This document shows positions 1 through 10,541 of a DNA stretch of 40,223 nucleotides, one piece after another. The position numbers and the translations under genes were made by a program. The notes beneath the pieces are model-generated. The model did not search any database. It saw nothing but the letters and a program-made list of their open reading frames with translations, and had not been told where the DNA came from. The stretch lies in NCBI GenBank assembly GCA_029287855.1, contig JARFQI010000071.1, positions 1-40,223 of the forward strand. The letters are read 5' to 3'. The first letter of the stretch is position 1; each line of letters starts with the position of its first letter. The stretch comes from Arenicellales bacterium (GTDB taxonomy: Bacteria; Pseudomonadota; Gammaproteobacteria; BMS3Bbin11).

Positions 1-18
1 ATAGAATCTCCTGATCAG

Positions 19-92
19 GCGGGTGTCGTATAATGGCATTACCTCAGCTTCCCAAGCTGAAGACGTGGGTTCGATTCCCATCACCCGCTCCA
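19..92 (+). tRNA. tRNA-Gly (anticodon CCC)
   Basis: Acceptor stem GCGGGTG/CACCCGC, anticodon arm TCAGC-TTCCCAA-GCTGA, T-loop GGTTCGATTCC, encoded CCA at 90-92. Confidence 0.97.
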
Positions 93-203
93 TCTCGCAC
101 TACTGGAATGCCATCTTATAATTTGAGTCTAACCGGCACAGTTAATGCTGAACCGGTCTAACTGCTTTCATCATGCCATCTTTGTTAGTAGATACTGCAT
201 AGC

Positions 204-674
204 CTAGTGAACATGACCATGGGAAATTTCTTCTTCAGTCGCCTCTCTCACGCTAACGATTTCAACATCAAAGTTCAGCACTACACCAGCGAGTGGGTGA
301 TTTGCATCAACGGTGACCTGCTCGCCATCCACTTTCGTTACGACGATATGCTGCACCGACCCATCTGATGTCTGCGCTTCAAACGACATACCTACTTCAA
401 CTGATTCCACACCCTGGAATGCCGCTTTATCAACAGTCTGCGTCAATTCCGGCATTACTTCCCCATAACCCTCAGCAGGTTCAACGGTCACTTGCTGAGT
501 ATCTCCTTCAACTTTTCCCACCAGCGCTTTTTCCAGGCCAGGTATGATATTTCCCGCACCGTGCAAATATGTCAGCGGCTCAGAGCCTTCTGAGCTATCC
601 AGCACATTCCCTTCAATATCTGTAAGCTTATAATGCATACTGACCACTAAATTATCACCAATCAACAAAGACAT
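204..674 (-). CDS. slyD: FKBP-type peptidyl-prolyl cis-trans isomerase SlyD (short His tail)
   Basis: Motifs YLHGAGNIIPGLEKAL, VTVDANHPLAG, VREATEEEISHGHVH; RBS AAGGAG upstream. Confidence 0.93.
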   Translation of the reverse strand: MSLLIGDNLVVSMHYKLTDIEGNVLDSSEGSEPLTYLHGAGNIIPGLEKALVGKVEGDTQQVTVEPAEGYGEVMPELTQTVDKAAFQGVESVEVGMSFEAQTSDGSVQHIVVTKVDGEQVTVDANHPLAGVVLNFDVEIVSVREATEEEISHGHVH

Positions 675-1079
675 AGCTACTCCTTCTGTTTAATAAGACA
701 TTCATATGTAATAGTAAAATAACCTTAAATTTCGTGTACTTAGCCCGAAACCTTTTACTCAGGATTAGCTACCGACAAAATTTGACCAACATTATACGGG
801 CTAGTATGTATAAAATTCTATTGTATTTTATTCTTTTGGACGCGCACGGACGGCCATGCCGATGCCCGATCTATAGATTTCTCACAGTTTACATGCCTGC
901 TTTACCTGAAATATCCCTGGATCGAATATCTCGCGCGCAGGTGAAAATTGTTTAACAGGTTAAGCTATAAGTCTGCATGTCAAATCAGTCATTAGTATGC
1001 TTGCCTGAATCTATCATTTCCGTATACCCTTGTTAAATAAACCCTACTCAACTTTGATAACAGCCAACAGAGCCAGCAG

Positions 1080-1622
1080 ATGAAACTCACATACCCAATA
1101 ATCCTGTCACTTACTATTTCTCTACTAACATTCCCTCTGGCCTCACATGCCGGCGCTGAAAGCGGTGTATACCTTGGCGCAGGCATTGGAAATTCAACCA
1201 TAGACGGTGCCATTGGCGACGATACTTTTGATCTTGACACTAATGGCTACAAGCTAATACTTGGATACAATTTCGGCATAGTACCTCTGATTGATTTAGC
1301 TATTGAAGGTGCCTATGTGGATATGGGTGATGAGAAAGTTGGTGACCTCACTTTTTCGCAAACTTCATTTAATGGCTTCGGTCTTCTCGGCTTCAGTTTT
1401 GGTCCAGTCGGTCTGTTTGCCAAAGCGGGTGTAGCAGCCTGGGATACTGAAAGACAAATTGGTAATTTAAAGACAACACTGTCTGGCACTGACCCGGTCT
1501 ACGGCATTGGTGCGCGCGTACAGATTTTCAAAGTAAGCGGAAGAATTGAATACGAGTATTATGACCAGAGTGACTTTGATGACGTCTATATGACGTCAAT
1601 CAGCCTTCTCTACACTTTCTAG
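1080..1622 (+). CDS. Outer-membrane beta-barrel protein (OmpA-like transmembrane/porin family)
   Basis: Signal peptide, GVYLGAGIG first strand, alternating beta strands, YGIGA and RIEYEY motifs, C-terminal YTF. Confidence 0.8.
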   Translation: MKLTYPIILSLTISLLTFPLASHAGAESGVYLGAGIGNSTIDGAIGDDTFDLDTNGYKLILGYNFGIVPLIDLAIEGAYVDMGDEKVGDLTFSQTSFNGFGLLGFSFGPVGLFAKAGVAAWDTERQIGNLKTTLSGTDPVYGIGARVQIFKVSGRIEYEYYDQSDFDDVYMTSISLLYTF

Positions 1623-1681
1623 CTGTTGTTTAAATTCATAACTACCTGGTAATTGGCTCATCATGACCAGGGGACAGGAAG

Positions 1682-2290
1682 ATGTATCTAGCATCAATGT
1701 TAATAAATAAGGCGCACCTGGCATTTCTTGCCATTTTATTGTTATTGATTACACACTCTTCTTTAGCAGCAGAGATGCTACAGATGGAGTTTTGGGAAGA
1801 AGATAACGTCTATCATTTACGTTCAGCCAGCATTATAAATGCTCCTCCTGAGCTTATCATCAGCACACTGCTCGATTACAATAACTTCTACAGGCTGTCA
1901 GGGGGGATAAAGGAAACCCGCTATCTTGAGCCTGACCCCGATGGCGTACCAGTAGCATTAACAGTAATAGAAAGCTGTGTATTGTTTTTCTGTAAACAGC
2001 TTATAAAAACAGAGCGTGTACTGCACCCATCAAACAATGAGGTCATTCTTGAGGCTGATCCCACACGCAGTGATTTCAAATTTATGCACAGCCGCTGGAG
2101 CGTAAGAGAGATTGGTGGGTCTACTGTTCTCAGTTATGACATGGATATGCAAGCTGACTTCTGGATACCGCCATTGATAGGAGCATGGGCAATCAAACAC
2201 AAGCTCTATAGCTCAGCTATGAACATGGCGCAACGCATGGAAATGATGGCAAGAACTGGCACGCCATTGAATAAATTTAAAATTCAGTAG
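1682..2290 (+). CDS. Exported START/SRPBCC (polyketide cyclase-like) domain protein
   Basis: Signal peptide; INAPPELIISTLLDY, SRWSV and DFWIPPLIG patterns typical of SRPBCC proteins. True start may be a few codons downstream. Confidence 0.6.
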   Translation: MYLASMLINKAHLAFLAILLLLITHSSLAAEMLQMEFWEEDNVYHLRSASIINAPPELIISTLLDYNNFYRLSGGIKETRYLEPDPDGVPVALTVIESCVLFFCKQLIKTERVLHPSNNEVILEADPTRSDFKFMHSRWSVREIGGSTVLSYDMDMQADFWIPPLIGAWAIKHKLYSSAMNMAQRMEMMARTGTPLNKFKIQ

Positions 2291-2401
2291 TTACAAAAAA
2301 TGCTTCATTTTATTTTGTGCACTAGGCTATACTGAGATCAATCACCCAGAGAGGTGCAATGATTACGATGTCCTAATACCAAGCAGGAAGGAGTAGCCTA
2401 G

Positions 2402-3805
2402 ATGGAAAAGATTCAGCAAGTTTCCACCGACATATCAGAACAACCTATTCTCTACATCCTCGACACCAACGTACTAATACACGACCCTTCAGCCATTCTG
2501 GAATTTGAAGAACATCATGTCATCATACCAATGACTGTTCTCGAAGAACTCGATAACCTTAAAAGTGGAAGGCAGGCGATCGCTGCCGACTGCCGACAGG
2601 CAATACGCGGCATCGATGAAATTCTAGGCCGTGCATCCCCTGAAGAAATTGAAAACGGCATACCGATACGACGTGGAGACAAGGGTCCCTGCCGCGGAAG
2701 CCTGTCTATTTTAATGACTCATACTGCTGAGAATATTGAAATACTGCCAAAACATATCAACGACAACAAAATTATCAATGATATCTGCCTGTTAAAACAG
2801 AGCCGGCCCGACCAGCGCACCGTGCTGGTCACCAAAGACATAAACATGCGACTTAAGGCCAGGGGCTGCGGCATCGAGTCAGAGGATTACCATAGCGATC
2901 AGCTGGTCTCAGATATTAACCTTCTGGATGCCGGCTATCTTGAATTTGAGGGCAGTTTCTGGGATCACATTGATAACGTTGAAACTGAACAGCAGTCAGG
3001 GCGCACCTTGCACAAAATTGCAAGACAGCAACCGGTACAGGAAATCTATCCGAACAATTTCATTATCGACGAACAGGGGATGATTGCGCGTGCCGTCGAG
3101 GTTAACGAAAATAGCATCACCCTGCTGCATATGGAGCATGCCCGGTTTTTACAGCAGGAAGCATGGGGACTGCGGCCCAGAGACATTTACCAGGCGATGG
3201 CATTAAATCTCCTGCTCGACCCTGATATCCATCTCGTTAGTCTGACTGGCTCTGCCGGCTCAGGAAAAACCATCCTGGCTCTGGCTGCCGCAATTGAAAT
3301 GACTGTCGCAACCAAAATGTATCGTCGCATTATCGTTACACGCAGCACCCAGGGACTGGACGAAGACATCGGCTTCCTTCCCGGAACCGAAGAGGAAAAG
3401 ATGGAGCCCTGGTTAGGAGCTATCACCGACAACCTGGAAGCACTTCATTATGATGACGAAGACACTGATGGCAGTATCGACTATATCCTTAAAAAAGTAC
3501 CTCTACATTTCAAGTCCCTGAACTACATACGAGGCCGCAGTTTCCAGCACAGCTTGATACTCATTGATGAATCACAGAACCTGACACCGCACCAGATTAA
3601 AACAATTGTCACTCGCGCCGGGACCGGATCAAAGGTTATTTGCCTGGGTAATTTATCCCAGATCGACACCCCCTATCTCAGTGCCACTAGCTCTGGCCTG
3701 ACCTATCTGACAGAGCGATTCAAGGATTTTAGCCATGGCGGAAGCATACAGCTGCAGGGAGTGCCGCGCTCACTGCTGGCGGAATATGCTGAAACAAACA
3801 TGTAG
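2402..3805 (+). CDS. PIN-domain PhoH-family ATPase (PhoH2/YlaK-like)
   Basis: PIN motif ILDTNVLIHD and LVTKDINMR; Walker A GSAGSGKT; RGRS, IDESQN and GFLPG PhoH motifs; RBS GGAG. Confidence 0.93.
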   Translation: MEKIQQVSTDISEQPILYILDTNVLIHDPSAILEFEEHHVIIPMTVLEELDNLKSGRQAIAADCRQAIRGIDEILGRASPEEIENGIPIRRGDKGPCRGSLSILMTHTAENIEILPKHINDNKIINDICLLKQSRPDQRTVLVTKDINMRLKARGCGIESEDYHSDQLVSDINLLDAGYLEFEGSFWDHIDNVETEQQSGRTLHKIARQQPVQEIYPNNFIIDEQGMIARAVEVNENSITLLHMEHARFLQQEAWGLRPRDIYQAMALNLLLDPDIHLVSLTGSAGSGKTILALAAAIEMTVATKMYRRIIVTRSTQGLDEDIGFLPGTEEEKMEPWLGAITDNLEALHYDDEDTDGSIDYILKKVPLHFKSLNYIRGRSFQHSLILIDESQNLTPHQIKTIVTRAGTGSKVICLGNLSQIDTPYLSATSSGLTYLTERFKDFSHGGSIQLQGVPRSLLAEYAETNM

Positions 3806-4200
3806 CTGGCTGCACTAATCGCCACATCTAGAAAATGCCTGGATAAACAGGAAAGATTGACATTTAATTTATTATTATCAAAAGGTTAATTGTGATTCGC
3901 GGCTATTTATAACGAACAAAAGCAGTACTGGGTGATGAAAATAACTAAATATCGCAATACTACTTAAGTGTCCTGGTTTGCTATATCTATAAACCTGGAA
4001 TACCTGATAATCACAGGTTATATATTTCTTCATACACCCCCACTTTCATTTTATAGTTCTGATAATGTAGTACCATGAATCCACTAATTTGCTTTTGATG
4101 CCTGAATCCTTACGAATCGGTATCTGTACATGTGTGCTTCTTCGGTGTAATTTACGCATAAATAAAAAGCTCTATTACCAAATCAAATATTGAGAATGTA

Positions 4201-4992
4201 ATGTTTTTCAACCCAAGGGATGAACTGAATAAAGAATTGAGGGACAGGCTGATAGAACTGTCGGATGAATTTCTGTACGGCGAAGACGGCCTTATGGCAA
4301 GTGCTATTGGGAAATGGATCACCTATCACATGCTGTTCACCAGTGATGAACCCTCAGAAGACAGTAGTTCAGATGAAGGCATGGAAGTAGAGCATATAGA
4401 AAGTATCGAAGATTTTCTCAATAGCGTCTCAGGAAGCCATCACTGGAAACAGCTGGAATCCATTAGCCTGGAATCCAAATCTGAATGGATAAAACAGGCA
4501 TTGAAGCAGATCATTAACGGTGAAGTGGAAGTTGATAATGAACTACGTCGCTATGTCAGCAGCATCGTCGACCAGGATAAACTGGTTCGATATATTAACG
4601 AAGATATCGAAAACCACACAGCAGCGCGTAAACAATGGCTGGAAACATATATCCAGCAACCTGTAATGCCTGTAATCATGAAATATCAAAGCGTTGCTTC
4701 TAGCCTGGATTCTCATGAACAAAAGAAAAAAGAAGACCAGAAAAATTTGATCAACCAGGCGGAAGAGGCAAACGTTCGCGTTAAAAATGCATTGAAGAAC
4801 TACGGCAATCTAGAGCAGCGCTATGATATAGATACCGTTGACGCTATCCTTGATATGCTGGAAGAAGTTGTCAAGGAAGACAATATCAGCGAAAACGATG
4901 TCGCAAACTTTGTCCTGATGAATGCCCCGCGCTTTGATGAGGATGTTCGTTATTTGCTGACAACACGATTTCCTGTTTCACAGGATACTTAG
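4201..4992 (+). CDS. Hypothetical acidic cytoplasmic protein
   Basis: 263-aa ORF with no competing ORF and protein-like composition; no motif recognised. Confidence 0.65.
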   Translation: MFFNPRDELNKELRDRLIELSDEFLYGEDGLMASAIGKWITYHMLFTSDEPSEDSSSDEGMEVEHIESIEDFLNSVSGSHHWKQLESISLESKSEWIKQALKQIINGEVEVDNELRRYVSSIVDQDKLVRYINEDIENHTAARKQWLETYIQQPVMPVIMKYQSVASSLDSHEQKKKEDQKNLINQAEEANVRVKNALKNYGNLEQRYDIDTVDAILDMLEEVVKEDNISENDVANFVLMNAPRFDEDVRYLLTTRFPVSQDT

Positions 4993-5070
4993 TGCATTAG
5001 TAATTCTCCCGCTACTGAACTGTGCAATGAATATCTCCAGGGATGGTCATAATATGCAGTGACACCCTTA

Positions 5071-5104
5071 TTGATAATCTAATCCTGTTGATAATCTAAT
5101 CCTG
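5071..5104. repeat. Exact 17-bp tandem duplication TTGATAATCTAATCCTG x2
   Basis: Copies at 5071-5087 and 5088-5104, read directly. Confidence 0.9.
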
Positions 5105-5442
5105 GCTAATATTCTAAGCATATATTACCGTTAATCCGAGTTGTTGTAATTCCTTCCTGATTGCTGCTTAACCTGTTTCTAACTTACTATAATTACGTAC
5201 TATTTTGCTAACTAGTGGTGTTTCACGTATCCTTCATCTGGTATCGTTTAGATAGCGTTAGAAAAATACATAATAACTATGACTTTACCTACACTAGGAA
5301 CATTTAATATCACTGTCAGATAATTTAACACTAATGAAAATAAGTGGATGTAAGTTATTGAATTGTATTAGTGGTATAGATATTGCAGGACAATCCCCAG
5401 TACAATGCTATTCAACGAATAACTACAACGAATAATTACAAA

Positions 5443-6912
5443 ATGCCTATTCCGCCAACTGTAAAAGTTCTTCTCATCGACGACAAGCCGTATGATGGGC
5501 AGCTGGCCGCCCTGGTTTTACATCACCAGATACCTCATGCTGAGATTACAGTCATTGATGATGCAATAGAATTTGCAGAACATTTGGCGTTGGGGGAATT
5601 TAACCTGGTCATTACCGAAAGGCACCTAAGCTGGGCAGAAGGTGATCGTATTCTTGACAGCATCAAACGCCTGCATCCAAATTGCCCTGTAATATATTTT
5701 TCTGCAGAGAAAACCCCAATAAGTCAAAGTCAAATGGGAAACAGCCAGCCTGACGACCAGATAAAAAAAGGCAGTGCTGGATTCCTTCATCTACCAATAA
5801 GCGTAAGCCAGTTATTGCAGCCTAGTGAGAAAACCGAAAATAAAAGTAGTACATCCAGTCCACTCTTAGACCGCATGCCAGTCGGAGTTTTCTCTCTCGG
5901 TCGTGATGGTCGCCTGAACTGCCTAAATTCATCCTGCAGCAAGATTTTCAAGCTAGCTGATCGAAATGAACCCGGTGATACTCTATTACAGGATCTGCTT
6001 GTTGATGACACAACGCGTTCAATTATTAGCCGTGTATTACAACAGGGAGAAGCTATAAGTGATCTTGATGCTCAATTGCTCCAAACGGAAGAGACCCCTT
6101 GCTGGATACGCCTCAACTTATGGCCAATTGAGAAGTCGGATGATAGCACGCATCAATTCGAAGGCAGTGTGACTGATATTTCTTCCTTCAAGAATGCAGT
6201 TTCCAATCTATCACGCAATGCAGCCGAACTCAGTCGCTCTAATGCTGACCTGGAAAAATTTGCTTATGTCACATCACATGACTTGCAGGAGCCACTAAGC
6301 TACATATCACGCTATGCAAATTTATTGCAAGAACGTGGAGACCTTGATGATGACTCAGAGCGCTTCATGGAGCATATTCTTGATAGTAGCAAGCGCCTGC
6401 AATCTATGGTTGATGACATACTTGAATATTCACGCGTCGGGACACAGGGCGATGAATTTGACCTGGTAGATTTTGGCGAACTAGCAGATTCCGCAGCCAG
6501 GAATCTGGATAAATCTTTCAAGGAAAAACATGCAATATATAAACGCGGAGACCTCCCTGTTTTACGCGCAGATGGCCGACAGATTAAGCAGTTATTCCAG
6601 AATTTACTTTCAAATGCGCTTAAATTTTCAGGAGATAAACCGCCCAGGATTTTAGTGACAGCTAGAGAGAAACCCGAGCATTGGGAGTTCTCGGTACAAG
6701 ACAACGGCATCGGCCTGGAAAAGGAAGACCGAAAACGAATCTTTGATATGTTCCAACGCTTGCACACAAACGAGAAATATCCAGGAACTGGCATTGGACT
6801 GGCCGTCTGTCGTAGCATAGTTGAACGACACGGCGGTACCATAAGAGTGAAATCCGTCCCTGGCAAGGGATCAATTTTTGCCTTCACAATTCGGCACAAA
6901 ACCTCATCCTGA
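5443..6912 (+). CDS. Cytoplasmic sensor histidine kinase, REC-like/PAS/HisKA/HATPase
   Basis: N-terminal VLLIDD receiver fold, PAS (DRMPVGVF...WIRLNL), H-box FAYVTSHDLQEPL, N-box QNLLSNALKF, G boxes DNGIG and GTGIGL. ATG 5443 preferred over TTG 5383. Confidence 0.9.
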   Translation: MPIPPTVKVLLIDDKPYDGQLAALVLHHQIPHAEITVIDDAIEFAEHLALGEFNLVITERHLSWAEGDRILDSIKRLHPNCPVIYFSAEKTPISQSQMGNSQPDDQIKKGSAGFLHLPISVSQLLQPSEKTENKSSTSSPLLDRMPVGVFSLGRDGRLNCLNSSCSKIFKLADRNEPGDTLLQDLLVDDTTRSIISRVLQQGEAISDLDAQLLQTEETPCWIRLNLWPIEKSDDSTHQFEGSVTDISSFKNAVSNLSRNAAELSRSNADLEKFAYVTSHDLQEPLSYISRYANLLQERGDLDDDSERFMEHILDSSKRLQSMVDDILEYSRVGTQGDEFDLVDFGELADSAARNLDKSFKEKHAIYKRGDLPVLRADGRQIKQLFQNLLSNALKFSGDKPPRILVTAREKPEHWEFSVQDNGIGLEKEDRKRIFDMFQRLHTNEKYPGTGIGLAVCRSIVERHGGTIRVKSVPGKGSIFAFTIRHKTSS

Positions 6913-6937
6913 GGCAAAATATGACGAGAAGTCGCGC

Positions 6938-9064
6938 ATGAGTAGCGAATACACTACTGAGCTATCTGTACTGCTGATTGAAGACCAGCCAGCGGAAGTT
7001 GATTATATTCGCGAAATACTGTCTCAGGTTCAGAGTTGCAGCTTTTCAATTACCCATAGAGACCTGCTGCAAGACGGCCTTGAATTACTTGAAGATACCC
7101 ACTTCGATGTTCTGCTTCTCGATCTGTGCCTGCCCGATAGTACAGGTTACGTCACTTTTACACAGGCACATAAGGCCTTCCCATCCGTGCCAATAATTCT
7201 CATCACTAACATAAACGATGAAAACCTGGCTGTTCGCGCTGTCCGAGAGGGAGCTCAAGATTATCTTATCAAGCGAAAGATGGATAGCGAGTTACTTTCC
7301 CGCTCTATACGATATGCCATCGAACGACAGAATGCAGAAGAGGCGTTACGTATCAGCGAAGAACGTTATACATTAGCTATGTGTGGTGCTAATGATGGTA
7401 TCTGGGACTGGGACCTGAATCGAGGAGATGTCTATTATTCAGAACGTTGGCAAAGCATCCTGGGCTTTAATGATAAATTACCCCCCAACATCAATACCTG
7501 GACAGATCGCATACACCCGGATGACAAAGCAGATTTCAACCGCGCGCTCGAGAACCATTTAGCTGGTAATTCCGCCCATTTCTCGCATGAATACCGAATT
7601 CTTACAAAAGATTCCGGATATATATGGGTATTGAGTCGTGGTATAGCAGTGATGGACCATAGTGGCCATAGCATGCGCATGGCCGGCTCCATCACGGACA
7701 TCAGCCCACGCAAACGTGCCGAAGAACAATTGATCCACGATGCTCTACACGACAATCTCACTGGCCTGCCAAACCGCAATCTGATAATTGATCGACTCGA
7801 CCATGCCATTGAACGTATTCGTGGCCGAGGGGCACATTCTATCGAATTTGCTGTACTTTTTCTTGATCTTGACCGATTCAAGAACATTAACGATAGCCTT
7901 GGACATAGCGTCGGTGATGAACTACTCGTTGTGATTGCCAATAAATTGAGTGAAATCGTTCGCCCGGGCGATACGGTTGCACGACTAGGGGGTGATGAGT
8001 TCGCAATACTACTACCTGAAGTCAATACCCTTTCAATGGTCACCCATATAGCAGACCGGGTGCTATCAGAATGCGCCATGCCTGTAGAAATCAACGGCCA
8101 CGAGATTTGCACCACTGTCAGCATTGGTATTGCTCTGGGAACTGAGCGCTATACCTCATCTCACGAAGTGCTGCGTGATGCTGACATAGCCATGTACTGG
8201 GCTAAATCTGAAGGCAAAGCATGCTATGAAATTTTTGATCGAGAAATGCATAGTCGTGTGGTCAAACTACAGCGGCTTGAACTGGAGTTACGCCAGGCTG
8301 TAGAAAAAAGTGAGTTTGTAATCCACTATCAACCGATTGTGTCGTTGACGAATAACAGCATGGTAGGATTTGAAGCCCTGATACGGTGGAATCATCCGGT
8401 ACGGGGCCTGGTACCGCCAATGGAATTCATTAGTACAGCTGAGGAAACTGGCCTTATTGTTCCACTGGGGTGGTGGACCTTGAGAGAGGCATGCGCACAA
8501 GCGAAACAATGGCAGGATAAGTTCCCTTCTGATCAGCCTCTTTCGATTAGTGTCAACATCTCAGGCAAGCTCTTCAATCAACCTGATATGATGTCGAATT
8601 TACGCAACATTCTTCAAGAAACTGGACTCCCCCCCACCAGTCTACGCCTGGAGATTACTGAAAGCGTCCTCCTGGATCATGCAGACGTATCTGTATCCAA
8701 GCTCGCTGAAATGCGAAATCTCGGAGTTGGTCTGCATGTAGATGATTTTGGCACTGGCTATTCCTCGCTAAGTTATCTACAAAAATTCAATTACGACACA
8801 CTCAAGATTGATCGCTCTTTTGTTAACCAAATGGATCTCAATAATGGTTCGAGCGCCATCGTGCAGTCGATAATTACACTTGGCAAGCTGCTAAATATGA
8901 ATATCATTGCCGAAGGCGTAGAAAGTCGTGAACAGCTAAAAAGACTAAGGGAACTAGAGTGCCCGCAGGTACAGGGATTTCTGTTCTCAAAACCGATAGA
9001 TTCAAAAGCCGCCACACATCTTCTAGGTTCCCCGGTTCAGTATTCCAGCACCTATGTCATGTAG
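6938..9064 (+). CDS. REC-PAS-GGDEF-EAL c-di-GMP cyclase/phosphodiesterase
   Basis: REC with intact Asp (LLLDLCLPD), PAS (GIWDWD...IHPDD), RPGD I-site plus GGDEF, EAL, DDFGTGYSS. ATG 6938 avoids overlap with the kinase. Confidence 0.93.
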   Translation: MSSEYTTELSVLLIEDQPAEVDYIREILSQVQSCSFSITHRDLLQDGLELLEDTHFDVLLLDLCLPDSTGYVTFTQAHKAFPSVPIILITNINDENLAVRAVREGAQDYLIKRKMDSELLSRSIRYAIERQNAEEALRISEERYTLAMCGANDGIWDWDLNRGDVYYSERWQSILGFNDKLPPNINTWTDRIHPDDKADFNRALENHLAGNSAHFSHEYRILTKDSGYIWVLSRGIAVMDHSGHSMRMAGSITDISPRKRAEEQLIHDALHDNLTGLPNRNLIIDRLDHAIERIRGRGAHSIEFAVLFLDLDRFKNINDSLGHSVGDELLVVIANKLSEIVRPGDTVARLGGDEFAILLPEVNTLSMVTHIADRVLSECAMPVEINGHEICTTVSIGIALGTERYTSSHEVLRDADIAMYWAKSEGKACYEIFDREMHSRVVKLQRLELELRQAVEKSEFVIHYQPIVSLTNNSMVGFEALIRWNHPVRGLVPPMEFISTAEETGLIVPLGWWTLREACAQAKQWQDKFPSDQPLSISVNISGKLFNQPDMMSNLRNILQETGLPPTSLRLEITESVLLDHADVSVSKLAEMRNLGVGLHVDDFGTGYSSLSYLQKFNYDTLKIDRSFVNQMDLNNGSSAIVQSIITLGKLLNMNIIAEGVESREQLKRLRELECPQVQGFLFSKPIDSKAATHLLGSPVQYSSTYVM

Positions 9065-9160
9065 CCATGACTTCTAATTGCTAATATAGACACCGCTACT
9101 GTAAATCTAGACAGGTAATACAAACACTAATAATTAACTGTAAGGTTATCTAGTGACTGC

Positions 9161-10201
9161 ATGGACTTCGCTGACAAACTCCTAGAATGGTACGAACATC
9201 ATGGCCGCCACGATCTTCCATGGCAGGTACGTGGCGATCCTTATCCAGTCTGGATTTCCGAAATAATGTTACAGCAGACGCAGGTAACAACGGTGATTCC
9301 TTATTACGAACGTTTTATCAGTCAATTTCCATCCCTGCAGGACCTCGCTGCTGCAAATCTCGACCAGGTGTTACACCTGTGGAGCGGACTCGGCTATTAC
9401 GCACGTGCCAGGAACCTGCATAAGACCGCCAAAATCATTACAGAACAGTACAGCGGCAACTTTCCAGAGGAAATCTCTGAACTGGTTGCTCTACCGGGTA
9501 TCGGCACATCGACAGCAGGAGCAATACTTGCTCAGAGCCTGGGGCAACGCCATCCAATACTCGATGGCAACGTAAAACGCGTGCTGGCTCGCTATTATTG
9601 TATTGAAGGATGGCCCGGCCACCGTGAAACAGAAAAACGACTCTGGCAGCTGAGTGATCACAACACGCCATCTACAAAAATTACTGATTATACTCAGGCG
9701 ATAATGGATTTGGGTGCTACCATCTGCAAACGCGGTAACCCCGATTGTCCAAATTGCCCCGTCTCAGGTGATTGCCAGGCTTTTCTATTAGACAAAGTAA
9801 ATGCTTACCCACATAAACGAAGGAAAAAGACCTTACCAGTTAAAACCACGACTTTTCTGTTACTCAAAAACGAACAGGGCGAAGTTTACCTGACTCAAAG
9901 ACCGCCAACCGGGATTTGGGGAGGCCTTTGGTGTTTGCCCGAACAAAGCCAGAATTCAAAGAATAAATGGAATCTTGAACATCTGTCTGTTGATATCCTC
10001 ACTGGTGAAGCCTTACCCGTTATCCGCCACACCTTTAGTCACTATCATCTCGATTTCACCGTGATACCCGCATCAGTAGAGGGGGATCACTCCTCAGGAA
10101 TCATGGAGAGTACACCAACAGTCTGGTATAACCCTGCCCAACCGAGCCAACTTGGATTGGCCGCCCCGATTAAAAAAATTATCCACGCATCAGAGGTGTA
10201 G
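9161..10201 (+). CDS. mutY: A/G-specific adenine glycosylase MutY
   Basis: WISEIMLQQTQV, GLGYYARARNL, HhH LPGIG, DGNVKRV, 4Fe-4S motif C-x6-C-x2-C-x5-C. Confidence 0.97.
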   Translation: MDFADKLLEWYEHHGRHDLPWQVRGDPYPVWISEIMLQQTQVTTVIPYYERFISQFPSLQDLAAANLDQVLHLWSGLGYYARARNLHKTAKIITEQYSGNFPEEISELVALPGIGTSTAGAILAQSLGQRHPILDGNVKRVLARYYCIEGWPGHRETEKRLWQLSDHNTPSTKITDYTQAIMDLGATICKRGNPDCPNCPVSGDCQAFLLDKVNAYPHKRRKKTLPVKTTTFLLLKNEQGEVYLTQRPPTGIWGGLWCLPEQSQNSKNKWNLEHLSVDILTGEALPVIRHTFSHYHLDFTVIPASVEGDHSSGIMESTPTVWYNPAQPSQLGLAAPIKKIIHASEV

Positions 10202-10202
10202 T

Positions 10203-10475
10203 ATGACGAAAATGGTAAATTGTGTAGTTCTTGGCAAGGAAGCCGAAGGCCTTGAACGCAGCCCCTATCCAGGAGAACTCGGTGAGAGGATCCTGCAGAA
10301 TGTATCACAGGAAGGCTGGCAGAAATGGATGCAGCATCAGACCATACTGATTAACGAAAATCAGCTCGCGCTTTTCAAACCTGAAGCACGTAAATTCCTC
10401 GAGGAAGAGATGGAAAAATTCTTTTTCAAAGGCGGTTCACAGGTACCCGAAGGCTTTGTCGCTCCGACAAAATAA
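10203..10475 (+). CDS. yggX: Fe(II)-trafficking/oxidative damage protection protein YggX
   Basis: MVNCVVLGKEAEGL, PYPGELGERI, W..HQTILINE; starts 1 nt after the mutY stop; conserved mutY-yggX synteny. Confidence 0.93.
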   Translation: MTKMVNCVVLGKEAEGLERSPYPGELGERILQNVSQEGWQKWMQHQTILINENQLALFKPEARKFLEEEMEKFFFKGGSQVPEGFVAPTK

Positions 10476-10493
10476 AGACACTGAAAATCCCCT

Positions 10494-10522
10494 TTTACAA
10501 TCGACGCCAGCGCGCTTATAAT
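10494..10522 (+). promoter_or_regulatory. Sigma70 promoter of tRNA-Phe
   Basis: TTTACA (10494-10499), 17-bp spacer, TATAAT (10517-10522), GC-rich discriminator TCCGCCC. Confidence 0.75.
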
Positions 10523-10541
10523 TCCGCCCTCTTCTCGATGT

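Noticed and set aside
734-955. 73-aa ORF between slyD and the beta-barrel gene
   Set aside because: GTG start without SD, in a divergent promoter region, with non-protein-like composition.
2402-3805. PIN domain as a toxin-antitoxin or defence toxin
   Set aside because: It is the widespread PIN-PhoH fusion, with no adjacent antitoxin or defence context.
6312-8124. Long antisense ORFs (201 aa and 229 aa) and similar shadows over acs, gnd, actP and lysA
   Set aside because: They lie opposite or out of frame within well-supported genes and are typical shadow ORFs.
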